Assembly (NCBI RefSeq): GCF_036321535.1
Contig: NC_087437.1
Coordinates: forward strand, 1,426,001-1,490,000
DNA length: 64,000 nt
Reading direction: 5' to 3'
DNA from: Camelus dromedarius
Taxonomy: Eukaryota
The notes under the pieces are model-generated. The model was not told where the DNA came from and did no database searches. It saw nothing but the letters and a program-made list of their open reading frames with translations. A program made the translations under genes and the position numbers. Positions 1-11,740 of the stretch are shown here, piece by piece. Numbering within the stretch: the first letter of the stretch is position 1; each line of letters opens with the position of its first letter.

Positions 1-3000
1 GGACGGCTTTCACACACACTTATCTCTCAGAACTGAGCATGTGGAGAGACGTTCGTTCATCTAGCACAAAGGGAACGGGTTGCAGGAGAAACTTTTACTC
101 TGGTTTCTCAGTCTGTTTCCTTGTCCCGGTTTGAAGTTCCTGCAGTTTTCACTGTAAAATAGATTTGGAGCTAGTACCTCCTCATATATATGTATGGAGT
201 GGAGTTTGCAAGTGAAAAGAAACTTTGTGTTCCCAACAAGCTATGTGAAGTACGGCTTTCACACACACTTATCTCTCAGAACTGAGCATGTGGAGAGACG
301 TTCGTTCATCTAGCACAAAGGGAACGGGTTGCAGGAGAAACATTTACTCTGGTTTCTCAGTCTGTTTCCTAGTCCCGGTTAGAAGTTCCTGCAGTTTTCA
401 CTGTAAAATAGAGTTGGAGCTAGTACCTCCTCATATATATGTATGGAGTGGAGTTTGCAAGTGAAAAGAAACTTTGTGTTCCCAACAAGCTAAGTGAAGG
501 ACGGCTTTCACACACACTTATCTCTCAGAGCTGAGCATGTGGAGAGACGTTCGTTCATCTAGCACAAAGGGAACGTTTTGCTGGAAAAACTTTTACTCAG
601 GTTTCACAGTATGTTTCCTAGTGCCGGTTTGAAGTTCCTGCAGATTTCACTGTAAAACAGATTTGGAGCTCGTACCTAACCATATATATGTATGGATTGG
701 AGTTTGCAACTGAAAAGAAACTTTGTGTTCCCAAGAAGATAGGTGAAGGACGGCTTTCACACACACTTATCTCTCAGAACTGAGCATGTGGAGAGACGTT
801 CGTTCATCTAGCACAAAGGGAACGGGTTGCAGGAGAAACTTTTACTCTGGTTTCTCAGTCTGTTTCCTAGTGCCGGTTTGAAGTGACTGCAGTTTTCACT
901 GTAAAACCGAGTTGGAGCTAGTACCTCCCCATATATATGTATGGAGTGGAGTTTGCAAATTAAAAGAAACTTTGTGTTCCCAACAAGCTAGGTGAAGGAC
1001 GGCTTTCACACACACTTATCTCTCAGAACTGAGCATGTGGAGAGATGTTCGCTCATCTAGCACAAATGGAACGTGTTGCAGGGAAAATAATACTCTGGAT
1101 TCACAGTATGTTTCCTAGTGCCGTTATGAAGTTCCTGCAGTTTTCACTGTAAATCTGTGTTGGAGCTCGTACCTCCCCATATATATGTATGGAGAGGTGT
1201 TTGCAACTGAAAAGGAAATTTGTGTTCCCAAAAAGCTAGGTGAAGTACGGCTTTCACACACACTTATCTCTCAGAACTGAGCATGTGGAGAGACGTTCGT
1301 TCATCTAGCACAAAGGGAACGGGTTGCAGGTGAAACTTTTACTCTGGTTTCTCAGTCTGTTTCCTAGTGCCGGTTTGAAGTTCCTACAATTTTCACTGCA
1401 AAACCGAGTTGGAGTTTGTACCTCCCCATATATATGTATGGAGTGGAGTTTGCAAGTGAAAAGAAACTTTGTGTTCTCAACAAGCTAGGTGAAGGACGGC
1501 TTTCACACACACTTATCTCTCAGAACTGAGCATGTGGAGAGACGTTCGTTCATCTAGCACAAAGGGAACGGGTTGCAGGAGAAACTTTTACTCTGGTTTC
1601 TCAGTCTGTTTCCTTGTCCCGGTTTGAAGTTCCTGCAGTTTTCACTGTAAAATAGATTTGGAGCTAGTACCTCCTCATATATATGTATGGAGTGGAGTTT
1701 GCAAGTGAAAAGAAACTTTGTGTTCCCAACAAGCTATGTGAAGTACGGCTTTCACACACACTTATCTCTCAGAGCTGAGCATGTGGAGAGACGTTCGTTC
1801 ATCTAGCACAAAGGGAACGGTTTGCTGGAGAAACTTTTACTCAGGTTTCACAGTATGTTTCCTAGTGCCGGTAAGAAGTTCCTGCAGATTTCACTGTAAA
1901 ACAGATTTGGAGCTCGTACCTAACCATATATATGTATGGATTGGAGTTTGCAACTGAAAAGAATCTTTGTGTTCCCAAGAAGATAGGTGAAGGACGGCTT
2001 TCACACACACATATCTCTCAGAACTGAGCATGTGCAGAGACGTTCTTTCATCTAGCACAAAGGGAACGGGTTGCAGGAGAAACTTTTACTCTGGTTTCTC
2101 AGTCTGTTTCCTAGTGCCGGTTTGAAGTTCCTGCAGTTTTCACTGTAAAACCGAGTTGGAGCTAGTACCTACCCATATATATGTATGGAGTGGAGTTTGC
2201 AAGTGAAAAGAAACTTTGTGTTCCCAACAAGCTAGGTGAAGGACGGCTTTCACACACACTTATCTCTCAGATCTGAGCATGTGGAGAGACGTTCGTTCAT
2301 CTAGCACAAAGGGAACGGGTGCAGGAGAAACTTTTACTCTGGTTTCTCAGTCTGTTTCCTAGTGCCGGTTTGAAGGTCCTGCAGTTTGCACTGTAAAACC
2401 GAGTTGGAGCTAGTACCTATCCATATATATGTATGGAGTGGAGTTTGCAATGAAAAGAAACTTTGTGTTCTCAACAAGCTAGGTGAAGGACGGCTTTCAC
2501 ACACACTTATCTCTCAGAACTGAGCATGTGGAGAGACTTTCGTTCATCTAGCACAAAGGGAACGGGTTGCAGGAGAAACTTTTACTCTGGTTTCTCAGTC
2601 TGTTTCCTAGTCCCGGTTTGAAGTTCCTGCAGTTTTCACTGTAAAATAGAGTTGGAGCTTGTACCTCCTCATATATATGTATGGAGTGGAGTTTGCAAGT
2701 GAAAAGAAACTTTGTGTTCCCAACAAGCTATGTGAAGGACGGCTTTCACACACACTTATCTCTCAGAGCTGAGCATGTGGAGAGACGTTCTTTCATCTAG
2801 CACAAAGGAACGGTTTCCTGGAGAAACTTTTACTCAGGTTTCACAGTATGTTTCCTAGTGCCGGTTTGAAGTTCCTGCAGTTTTCACTGTAAAAACGAGT
2901 TGGAGCTTGTACCTCCCCATATATATGTATGGAGTGGAGTTTGCAAGTGAAAAGAAACTTTGTGTTCTCAACAAGCTAGATGAAGGACGGCTTTCACACA

Positions 3001-6000
3001 CACTTAACTCTCAGAACTGAGCATGTGGAGAGACGTTCGTTCATCTAGCACAAAGGGAACGGGTTGCAGGAGAAACTTTTACTCTGGTTTCTCAGTCTGT
3101 TTCCTAGTTCCGGTTTGAAGTTCCTGCAGTTTTCACTGTAAAACCGAGTTGGAGCTAGTACCTCCGCATATATATGTATGGAGTGGATTTTGCAAATGAA
3201 AAGAAACTTTGTGTTCCCAACAAGCTATGTGAAGGACGGCTTTCACACACAATTATCTCTCAGAACTGAGCATGTGGAGAGACGTTCGCTCATCTAGCAC
3301 AAAGGGAACGTGTTGCAGGAGAAAATAATACCCTGGTTTCACAGTATGTTTCCTAGTGCCTGTATGAAGTTCCTGCAGTTTTCACTGTAAAACAGTGTTG
3401 GAGCTCGTACCTCCCCATATATATGTATGGAGAGGTGTTTGCAACTGAAAAGAAAACTTGTGTTCCCAAAAAGCTAGGTGAAGTACGGCTTTCACACACA
3501 CTTATCTCTCAGAACTGAGCATGTGGAGAGACGTTCGTTCATCTAGCACAAAGGGAACGGGTTCCATGAGAAAATTTTACTCTGGTTTCTCAGTCTTTTT
3601 CCTAGTGCCGGTTTGAAGTTCCTGCAGTTTTCACTGTAAAACAGAGTTGGAACTAGTACCCACACATATATATGTATGGAGTGGAGTTTGCTAGTGAAAA
3701 CAAACTTTGTGTTCCCAACCAGCTAGTTGAAGGAAGGCTTTAACACACACTTATCTCTCAGAACTGAGCATGTGGAGAGACGTTCGTTCATCTAGCACAA
3801 AGGGAACGGGTTGCAGGATAAACTTTTACTCTGGTTTCTCAGTCTGTTTCCTAGTGCCGGTTTGAAGTTCCTACAGTTTTCACTGTAAAACCGAGTTGGA
3901 GCTTGTACCTCCCCATATATATGTATGGAGTGGAGTTTGCAAGTGAAAACAAACTTTGTGTTCCCAAGAAGCTAGGTGAAGGACGGCTTTCACACACACT
4001 TATCTCGCAGAACTGAGCATGTGCAGAGACGTTCGTTCATCTAGCACAAAGGGAACGGGTTGCAGGAGAAACTTTTACTCTGGTTTCTCAGTCTGTTTCC
4101 TAGTGCCGGTTTGAAGTTCCTGCAGTTTTCACTGTAAAACCGAGTTGGAGCTAGTACCTCCCCATATATATGTATGGAGTGGAGTTTGCAATTGAAAAGA
4201 AACTTTGTGTTCCCAACAAGCTAGGTGAAGGACGGCTTTCACACACACTTATCTCTCAGAACTGAGCATGTGGAGAGACGTTCGTTCATCTAGCACAAAG
4301 GGAACGGGTTGCAGGTGAAACTTTTACTCTGGTTTCTCAGTCTGTTTCCTAGTGCCGGTTTGATGTTCCTGCAGTTTTCACTGTAAATCCGAGTTGGAGC
4401 TAGTACCTCCGCATATATATGTATGGAGTGGATTTTGCAAATGAAAAGAAACTTTTTGTTCCCAACAAGCTATGTGAAGGACGGTTTCACACACAATTAT
4501 CTCTCAGAACTGAGCATGTGGAGAGACGTTCATTCATCTAGCACAAAGGGAACGTGTTGCAGGAGAAAATAATACTCTGGTTTCACAGTATGTTTCCTAG
4601 TGCCGGTATGATGTTCCTGCAGTTTTCACTGTAAAACAGTGTTGGAGCTCGTACCTCCCCATATATATGTATGGAGAGGTGTTTGCAACTGAAAAGAAAA
4701 TTTGTGTTCCCAAAAAGCTAGGTGAAGTACGGCTTTCACACACAATTATCTCTCAGAACTGAGAATGTGGAGAGACGTTCGTTCATCTAGCACAAATGGA
4801 ACGGGTTCCATGAGAACCTTTTACTCTGGTTTCTCAGTCTTTTTCCTAGTGCCGGTTTGAAGTTCCTGCAGTTTTCACTGTAAAACCGAATTGGAGCTAG
4901 AACCTCCCCATATATATGTATGGAGTGGAGTTTGCAAGTGAAAAGAAACTTTGTGTTCCCAACCAGCTAGGTGAAGGACGGCTTTCACACACTCTTATCT
5001 CTCAGAAATGAGCATGTGGAGAGACATTCGTTTATCTAGCACAAAGGGAACGGGTTGCAGGAGAAACTATTACTCTGGTTTCTCAGTCTGTTTCTTAGTC
5101 CCGGTTTGAAGTTCCTGCAGTTTTCACTGTAAAATAGAGTTGGAGCTAGTACCTCCTCATATATATGTATGGAGTGGAGTTTGCAAGTGAAAAGAAACTT
5201 TGTGTTCCCAACAAGCTATGTGAAGGACGGCTTTCACACACACTTATCTCTCAGAACTGAGCATGTGGAGAGACGTTCGTTCATCTAGCACAAAGGGAAC
5301 GGGTTGCAGGAGAAACTTTTACTCTGGTTTCTCAGTCTGTTTCCTATTCCCGGTTTGAGTTCCTGAAGTTTTCACTGTAAAACAGATTTGGAACTTGTAC
5401 CTCCCCATATATATGTATGGAGTGGATTTTGCAAGTGAAAACAAACTTTGTGTTCCCAAGAAGCTAGGTGAAGGACGGCTTTCACACACACTTATCTCGC
5501 AGAACTGAGCATGTGCAGAGACGTTCGTTCATCTAGCACAAAGGGAACGGGTTGCAGGAGAAACTTTTACTCTGGTTTCACAGTATGTTTCCTAGTGCCG
5601 GTTTGAAGTTCCTTCAGTTTTCACTGTAAAACCGATTTGGAGCTCGTAACTCCCCTTATATATGTATGGATTGGAGTTAGCAACTGAAAAGAAACTTTGT
5701 GTTCCCAACAAGCTAGGTGAAGTACGGCTTTCAAACACACTTATCTCTCAGAACTGAGAATTTGGAGAGAAATTCGTTCATATAGTACAAAGGGAATGAG
5801 TTGCAGGAAAAACTTTTACTCTGGTTTCTCATTCTGTTTCCTAGTGCCGGTTTGAAGTTCCTACAATTTTCACTGTAAAACCGAGTTGGAGTTTGTACCT
5901 CCCCATATATATGTATGGAGTGGAGTTTGCAAGTGAAAAGAAACTTTGTGTTCTCAACAAGCTAGGTGAAGGACGGCTTTCACACACACTTATCTCTCAG

Positions 6001-6620
6001 AACTGAGCATGTGGAGAGACGTTCGTTCATCTAGCACAAAGGGAACGGGTTGCAGGAGAAACTTTTACACTGGTTTCTCAGTCTGTTTCCTAGTGCCGGT
6101 TTGAAGTTCCTGCAGTTTTCACTGTCAAACCGAGTTGGAGCTAGTACCTCCCCATATATATGTATGGAGTGGAGTTTGCAAGTGAAAAGAAACTTTGTGT
6201 TCCCAAAAAGCTAGGTGAAAGACGGCATTCAAACACAGTTATCTCTCAGATCTGAGCATGTGGAGAGACGATCGTTGCTCTAGCACAAAGGGGACGGGTG
6301 CAGGAGAAACTTTTACTCTGGTTTCTCAGTCTGTTTCCTAGTGCCGTATTGAAGTTCCTGCAGTTTTCACTGTAAAACCGAGTTGGAGCTAGTACCTATC
6401 CATATATATGTATAAAGTGGAGTTTGCAACGAAAAGAAACTTTGTGTTCTCAACAAGCTAGGTGAAGGACGGCTTTCACACACACTTATCTCTCAGAACT
6501 GAGCATGTGGAGAGACGTTCGTTCATCTAGCAAAAAGGGAACGGGTTGCAGGTGAAACTTTTACTCTGGTTTCTCAGTCTGTTTCCTAGTGCCGGTTTGA
6601 AGTTCCTGCAGTTTTCACTG
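1..6620. repeat. Homogeneous near-consensus satellite domain (~26 monomers) with short irregular local duplications
   Basis: Most monomers differ from the consensus at few sites, and the allele TTGCAAGTGAAA is common here but rare downstream. The diagnostic diverged monomer types seen after 6.6 kb (e.g. GATCACCAAGC, CTTAACGGAG, CTACGTTAAAG) are absent. Confidence 0.85.
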
Positions 6621-9199
6621 TAAAACTGTGTTGGAGCTAGTATCTCCCCATATATATTTATGGAGAGCTGTTTGCATCTGAATGGAAACTTTGTTTTCCC
6701 AACATACTAGGTGAAGTTCGGCTTTCACACACATTACTCTCTCAGAAATAAGAATGTGGAATAACGTTCGATCACCAAGCACAAATGGATCGGGTTGCAG
6801 TAGAAACTTTTACTCTGGTCTCTCAATCTGTTTCCTAGTGACGATTTGAATTTCCCACATTTTTCACTGTAAAACCGAGTTGGAGCTTGTACTTCCCATA
6901 TATATGTATGGAGTGGCGTTGGCAACTTAAAGAAACTATGTGTTCCCAACAAGCTAGGTGAAGGTCGGCTTTCACACACAAATATCTCTCAGAAATGAGC
7001 ATGTGGAGAGACTTTCGTTCATCTAGCACAATGGGAATGTGTTGTAGGAGAAACTTTAATTCTGGTTTCTCAGTCTATTTCGTAGTGCCGATTTGAAGTT
7101 CCTGCAGTTTTCACTGTAAACCCGACTTGGAGCTAGGACCTCCCCATATATATTTATGGTGTGGATTTTGCAACTGAAAGGAGACTTTGTGTTCCCAAAA
7201 AGTTAGGTGAAGTACGGCTTTCACACACACTTATCTCTCAGAACTTAGCATGTGAAGAGACGTTCGTTCATCTAGCACAAAGGGAACGGGTTGCAGGAGA
7301 AACTTTTACTCTGGTTTCTCAGTCTGTTTCCTAGTACCGGTTTGAAGTTCCTGCAATTTTCACTGTAAAAACGAGTTGGAGCTTGTACATACCCATATAT
7401 ATATAAGGAGAGGAGTTTGCATCTTAACGGAGAATTTGTGTTCCCAACAAGCTAGCTGAAGGACGGCTTTCACACACACTTATCTCTCAGAACTTAGCAT
7501 GTGGAGAGACGATCGTTCATCTAGCACAAAGGGAACGGTTTGCAGGAGAAACTTTTACTCTGGTTTCTCAGTCTGTTTCCTAGTGCCGGTTTGAGGTTCC
7601 TTCATTTTTCACTGTAAAACAGAGTTGGAGTTATTACCCCCCCATATATGTGTATGGAGTGGAGTTTGCACATGAAAAGAAACTTTGTGTTCCCAAAAAG
7701 CTAGGTGAAGGACGGCTTTCACACACATTATCTCTCAGAACTGCGAATATTAAGAGACTTTCGTTCATCTAGCACAAAGGGATCGGGTTTCAGTAGAAAC
7801 TTTTACTCTGGATTCTCAGTCAGTTTCCTAGTGCCGGTGTGAAGTTCCTGCAGTTTTCAGTGTAAAACCGAGTAGGAGCTTGTACCTCCTCATATATATG
7901 TATGAAGAGGAGTTTGCAACTGAAAGGAAACATTGTGTTCCCTACATACTAGGTGAAGGACGGCTTTCACACACATTTATCTCTCAGAATTAAGCATGTG
8001 GAGTAACGTTTGATCACCAAGCAAAAAGGGATCGGTTTGCAGTAGAAACTTTACTCTGGTTTCTCAGTCTGTTTCCCAGTGATGATTTTAATTTCCTGCT
8101 TTTTTCACTGTAAAACCGAGTTGGAGCTATTATCACCCCATATATATGTATGGATTGGAGTTGGCTCATGAAAAGAAATTTTGTGTTCCCAACAAGCTAA
8201 TTGAAGGACAGCTTTCACACACACTTATCTCTCAGAACTGAGCATGTGGAGAGATGTTCGTTCATCTAGCACAAAGGGAACGTGTTGCAAGAGAACCTTT
8301 TACTCTGGTTTCTCAGTCTGTTTCCTAGTGCCGGTTTGAGGTTCCTGCAGTTTTCACAGTAAAACCGATTTGGAGCTAGTAAATCCCCATATATATATAT
8401 GGATTGCAGTTTGCAACAGAAATGAATCTTTGTCTTCCCAACATTCTAGGTGAAGGAAGGCTTTCACACACATTTATCTCTCAGAACTGAGCATGTGGAG
8501 AGACGTTCGTTCATCTAGCACAAAGGGAACGGGTTGCAGGAGAAACTTTTACTCTGGTTTCACAGTCTGTTTACTAGTGCCGGTTTGTCGTTCCTGCAGT
8601 TTTCACTGTAAAACCGAGTTTGAGCTATTACCTCCCCATATATATGTATGGTGTGGAGATGGCACCTGAAAACAAACTGTGTTGTCAGCAAGCTATGTGT
8701 AGGACTGCATTCACACACACTTATCGCTCAGAACTTAGCATATGGAGAGACGTTCTTTCATCTTTCAGAAAGGGAACGGGTTGCAAGAGAAAGTTTTACT
8801 CTGGTTTCTTAGTCTGTTTCCTAGTGCCGATTTGAAGTTCCTGCAGTTTTCACTGTAAAACCGATTTGGAGATAGTTCCTCCCCATATATATGTATTGAG
8901 GGGAGTTTGCAACAGAAAGGAAACTTTATGTTCCCAACAAGCCAGGTGAAGTACGGCTTTCACACATATTTTTCACTCAGAAATGAGCATGTGGAGAGAC
9001 TTTCGTTCATCTAGCACAAAGGGAACGGGTTGCAGTAGAAACTTTTACTCTGGTTTCTCAGTCATTTTCCTAGTGCCGGTTTGAAGTTCCTGCAGTTTTC
9101 ACTGTAAAAATGAGTTGGAGATAGTTCCTCCCCATATATATGTATGGAGTGGATTTTGCAACTAAAAGGAGACTTTGTATTCCCAACAAGCTACGTTAA

Positions 9200-11740
9200 A
9201 GACGGCCATCACACACACTTATCTCTCAGAACTGAGCATGTGGAGAGACGTTCGTTCATCTAGCACAAAGGGAACGGGAAGCAGGAGAAACTTTTACTCT
9301 GGATTCTCAGTCTGTTTCCTAGTGCCGGTTTGAAGATTCTGCAATTTTCACTGTAAAACCGGGTTGGAGCTTGTACATCCCCATATATATGTAAGGAGAG
9401 GTGTTTGCATCTTAACGGAGACTTTGTGTTCCCAACAAGCTAGCTGAAGGACTGCTTTCACACACACTTATCTCTCAGAAATGAGCTTGTGGAGAGACGT
9501 TCGTTCATCTAGCACAAAGGGAACGGGTTGCAGGAGAAACTTTTACTCTGGTTTCTCAGTCTGTTTCCTAGTGCCGGTTAGAAGTTCCTGCAGTTTTCAT
9601 TGTAAAACCGAGTAGGAGCTTATACCTCCCCATATATATGTATGGAGAGGTGTTTGCAACTGAAAGGAAACTTTGTGTTCCCAACATACTTGGTGAAGGA
9701 CTTCTTTCACACACAGTTATCTCTCATAAATAAGCATGTGGAGTAACTTTCGATCACCAAGCCAAAGGGATCGAGTTGCAGTAGAAACATTTACTCTGGT
9801 TTCTCAGTCTGTTTCCCAGTGACGATTTGAAGTACCTGCTTTTTTCACTGTAAAATCGAGTTGGAGCTATTATCTCCGCATATATATGTATGGATTGGAG
9901 TTGGCACATGAAAAGAAATTTTGTGTTTCCAACAAGCTAGTTGAAGGTCAGCTTTCACACACAGTTATCTCTCAGAACTGAGCATGTGGAGAGACGTTCG
10001 TTCATCTAGCACAAAGTGAACGGGTTGCAGGAGAAACTTTCACTCTGATTTCTCAGTCTGTTTCCTAGTGCTGGTTTGATGTTCCTGCAGTTTACACTAT
10101 AAAAATGAGTTTGAGTTATTACCTACCCATATAAGAGTATGGAGTGGAGTTTGCACATGAAAAGAAACTTTGTGTTCCCAACAAGCTAGGTGAAGGACCG
10201 CTTTCACACACACTTATCTCTCAGAACTGCGAATGTTTAGAGACTTTCGTCCATCTAGCACAAATGGAACGGGTTGCAGGAGAAACTTTTACTCTGGTTT
10301 CTCAGTCATTTTCCTAGTGCCGGTTTGAAGTTCCTGCAGATTTCACTGTAAAACAGATTTGGAACTAGTACCTCCCCATATATATGTATGGAGAGAAATT
10401 TGCAACTGAAAGGAGACATTGTTTTCCCAACACGCTACGTTAAAGACGGCAATCACACACACATATATCTCAGAACTGTGCATGTGGAGAGACGTTCGTT
10501 CATCTAGCACAAAGGGAACGGGAAGCAGGAGAAACTTTTACTCTGGATTCTCAGTCTGTTTCCTAGTGCCGGTTTGAAGATTCTGCAATTTTCACTGTAA
10601 AACCGGGTTGGAGCTTGTACATCCCCATATATATGTAAGGAGAGGTGTTTGCATCTTAACGGAGACTTTGTGTTCCCAACAAGCTAGCTGAAGGACTGCT
10701 TTCACACACACTTATCTCTCAGAAATGAGCTTGTGGAGAGACGTTCGTTCATCTAGCACAAAGGGAACGGGTTGCAGGAGAAACTTTTACTCTGGTTTCT
10801 CAGTCTGTTTCCTAGTGCCGGTTTGAAGTTCCTGCAGTTTTCATTGTAAAACCGAGTAGGAGCTTATACCTCCCCATATATATGTATGGAGAGGTGTTTG
10901 CAACTGAAAGGAAACTTTGTGTTCCCAACATACTTGGTGAAGGACTTCTTTCACACACATTTATCTCTCATAAATAAGCATGTGGAGTAACTTTCGATCA
11001 CCAAGCCAAAGGGATCGAGTTGCAGTAGAAACATTTACTCTGGTTTCTCAGTCTGTTTCCCAGTGACGATTTGAAGTACCTGCTTTTTTCACTGTAAAAT
11101 CGAGTTGGAGCTATTATCTCCGCATATATATGTATGGATTGGAGTTGGCACATGAAAAGAAATTTTGTGTTTCCAACAAGCTAGTTGAAGGTCAGCTTTC
11201 ACACACAGTTATCTCTCAGAACTGAGCATGTGGAGAGACGTTCGTTCATCTAGCACAAAGTGAACGGGTTGCAGGAGAAACTTTCACTCTGATTTCTCAG
11301 TCTGTTTCCTAGTGCTGGTTTGATGTTCCTGCAGTTTACACTATAAAAATGAGTTTGAGTTATTACCTACCCATATAAGAGTATGGAGTGGAGTTTGCAC
11401 ATGAAAAGAAACTTTGTGTTCCCAACAAGCTAGGTGAAGGACCGCTTTCACACACACTTATCTCTCAGAACTGCGAATGTTTAGAGACTTTCGTCCATCT
11501 AGCACAAATGGAACGGGTTGCAGGAGAAATTTTTACTCTGGTTTCTCAGTCATTTTCCTAGTGCCGGTTTGAAGTTCCTGCAGATTTCACTGTAAAACAG
11601 ATTTGGAACTAGTACCTCCCCATATATATGTATGGAGAGAAATTTGCAACTGAAAGGAGACATTGTATTCCCAACACGCTACGTTAAAGACGGCAATCAC
11701 ACACACATATATCTCAGAACTGTGCATGTGGAGAGACGTT
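9200..11740. repeat. Tandem 5-monomer duplication (period ~1244 bp, 2 copies)
   Basis: GGAACGGGAAGCAGG occurs at 9271 and 10515. Both copies share private variants (GAGCTTATACC, CTCATAAATAAG, CATATAAGAGTATGG, GGAACTAGTACC). Confidence 0.88.

Noticed and set aside
50..80. Canonical CENP-B box / primate alpha satellite
   Set aside because: The TTCG-N4-A-N2-CGGG spacing is not met, and the monomer is 249 bp rather than 171 bp with no alphoid similarity that I can see.
10..196. (CA)n, (CT)n and (AT)n microsatellites, and a TATA-like promoter element
   Set aside because: These runs are only 3-6 units long and are fixed parts of the monomer. They account for some 1-2 bp indels but are not independent features.
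1..249. Tandem 5S rRNA, tRNA, snRNA or SINE-derived unit
   Set aside because: I see no recognisable 5S, tRNA cloverleaf or convincing Pol III A/B box pair. An Rfam/Infernal scan would be the definitive test.
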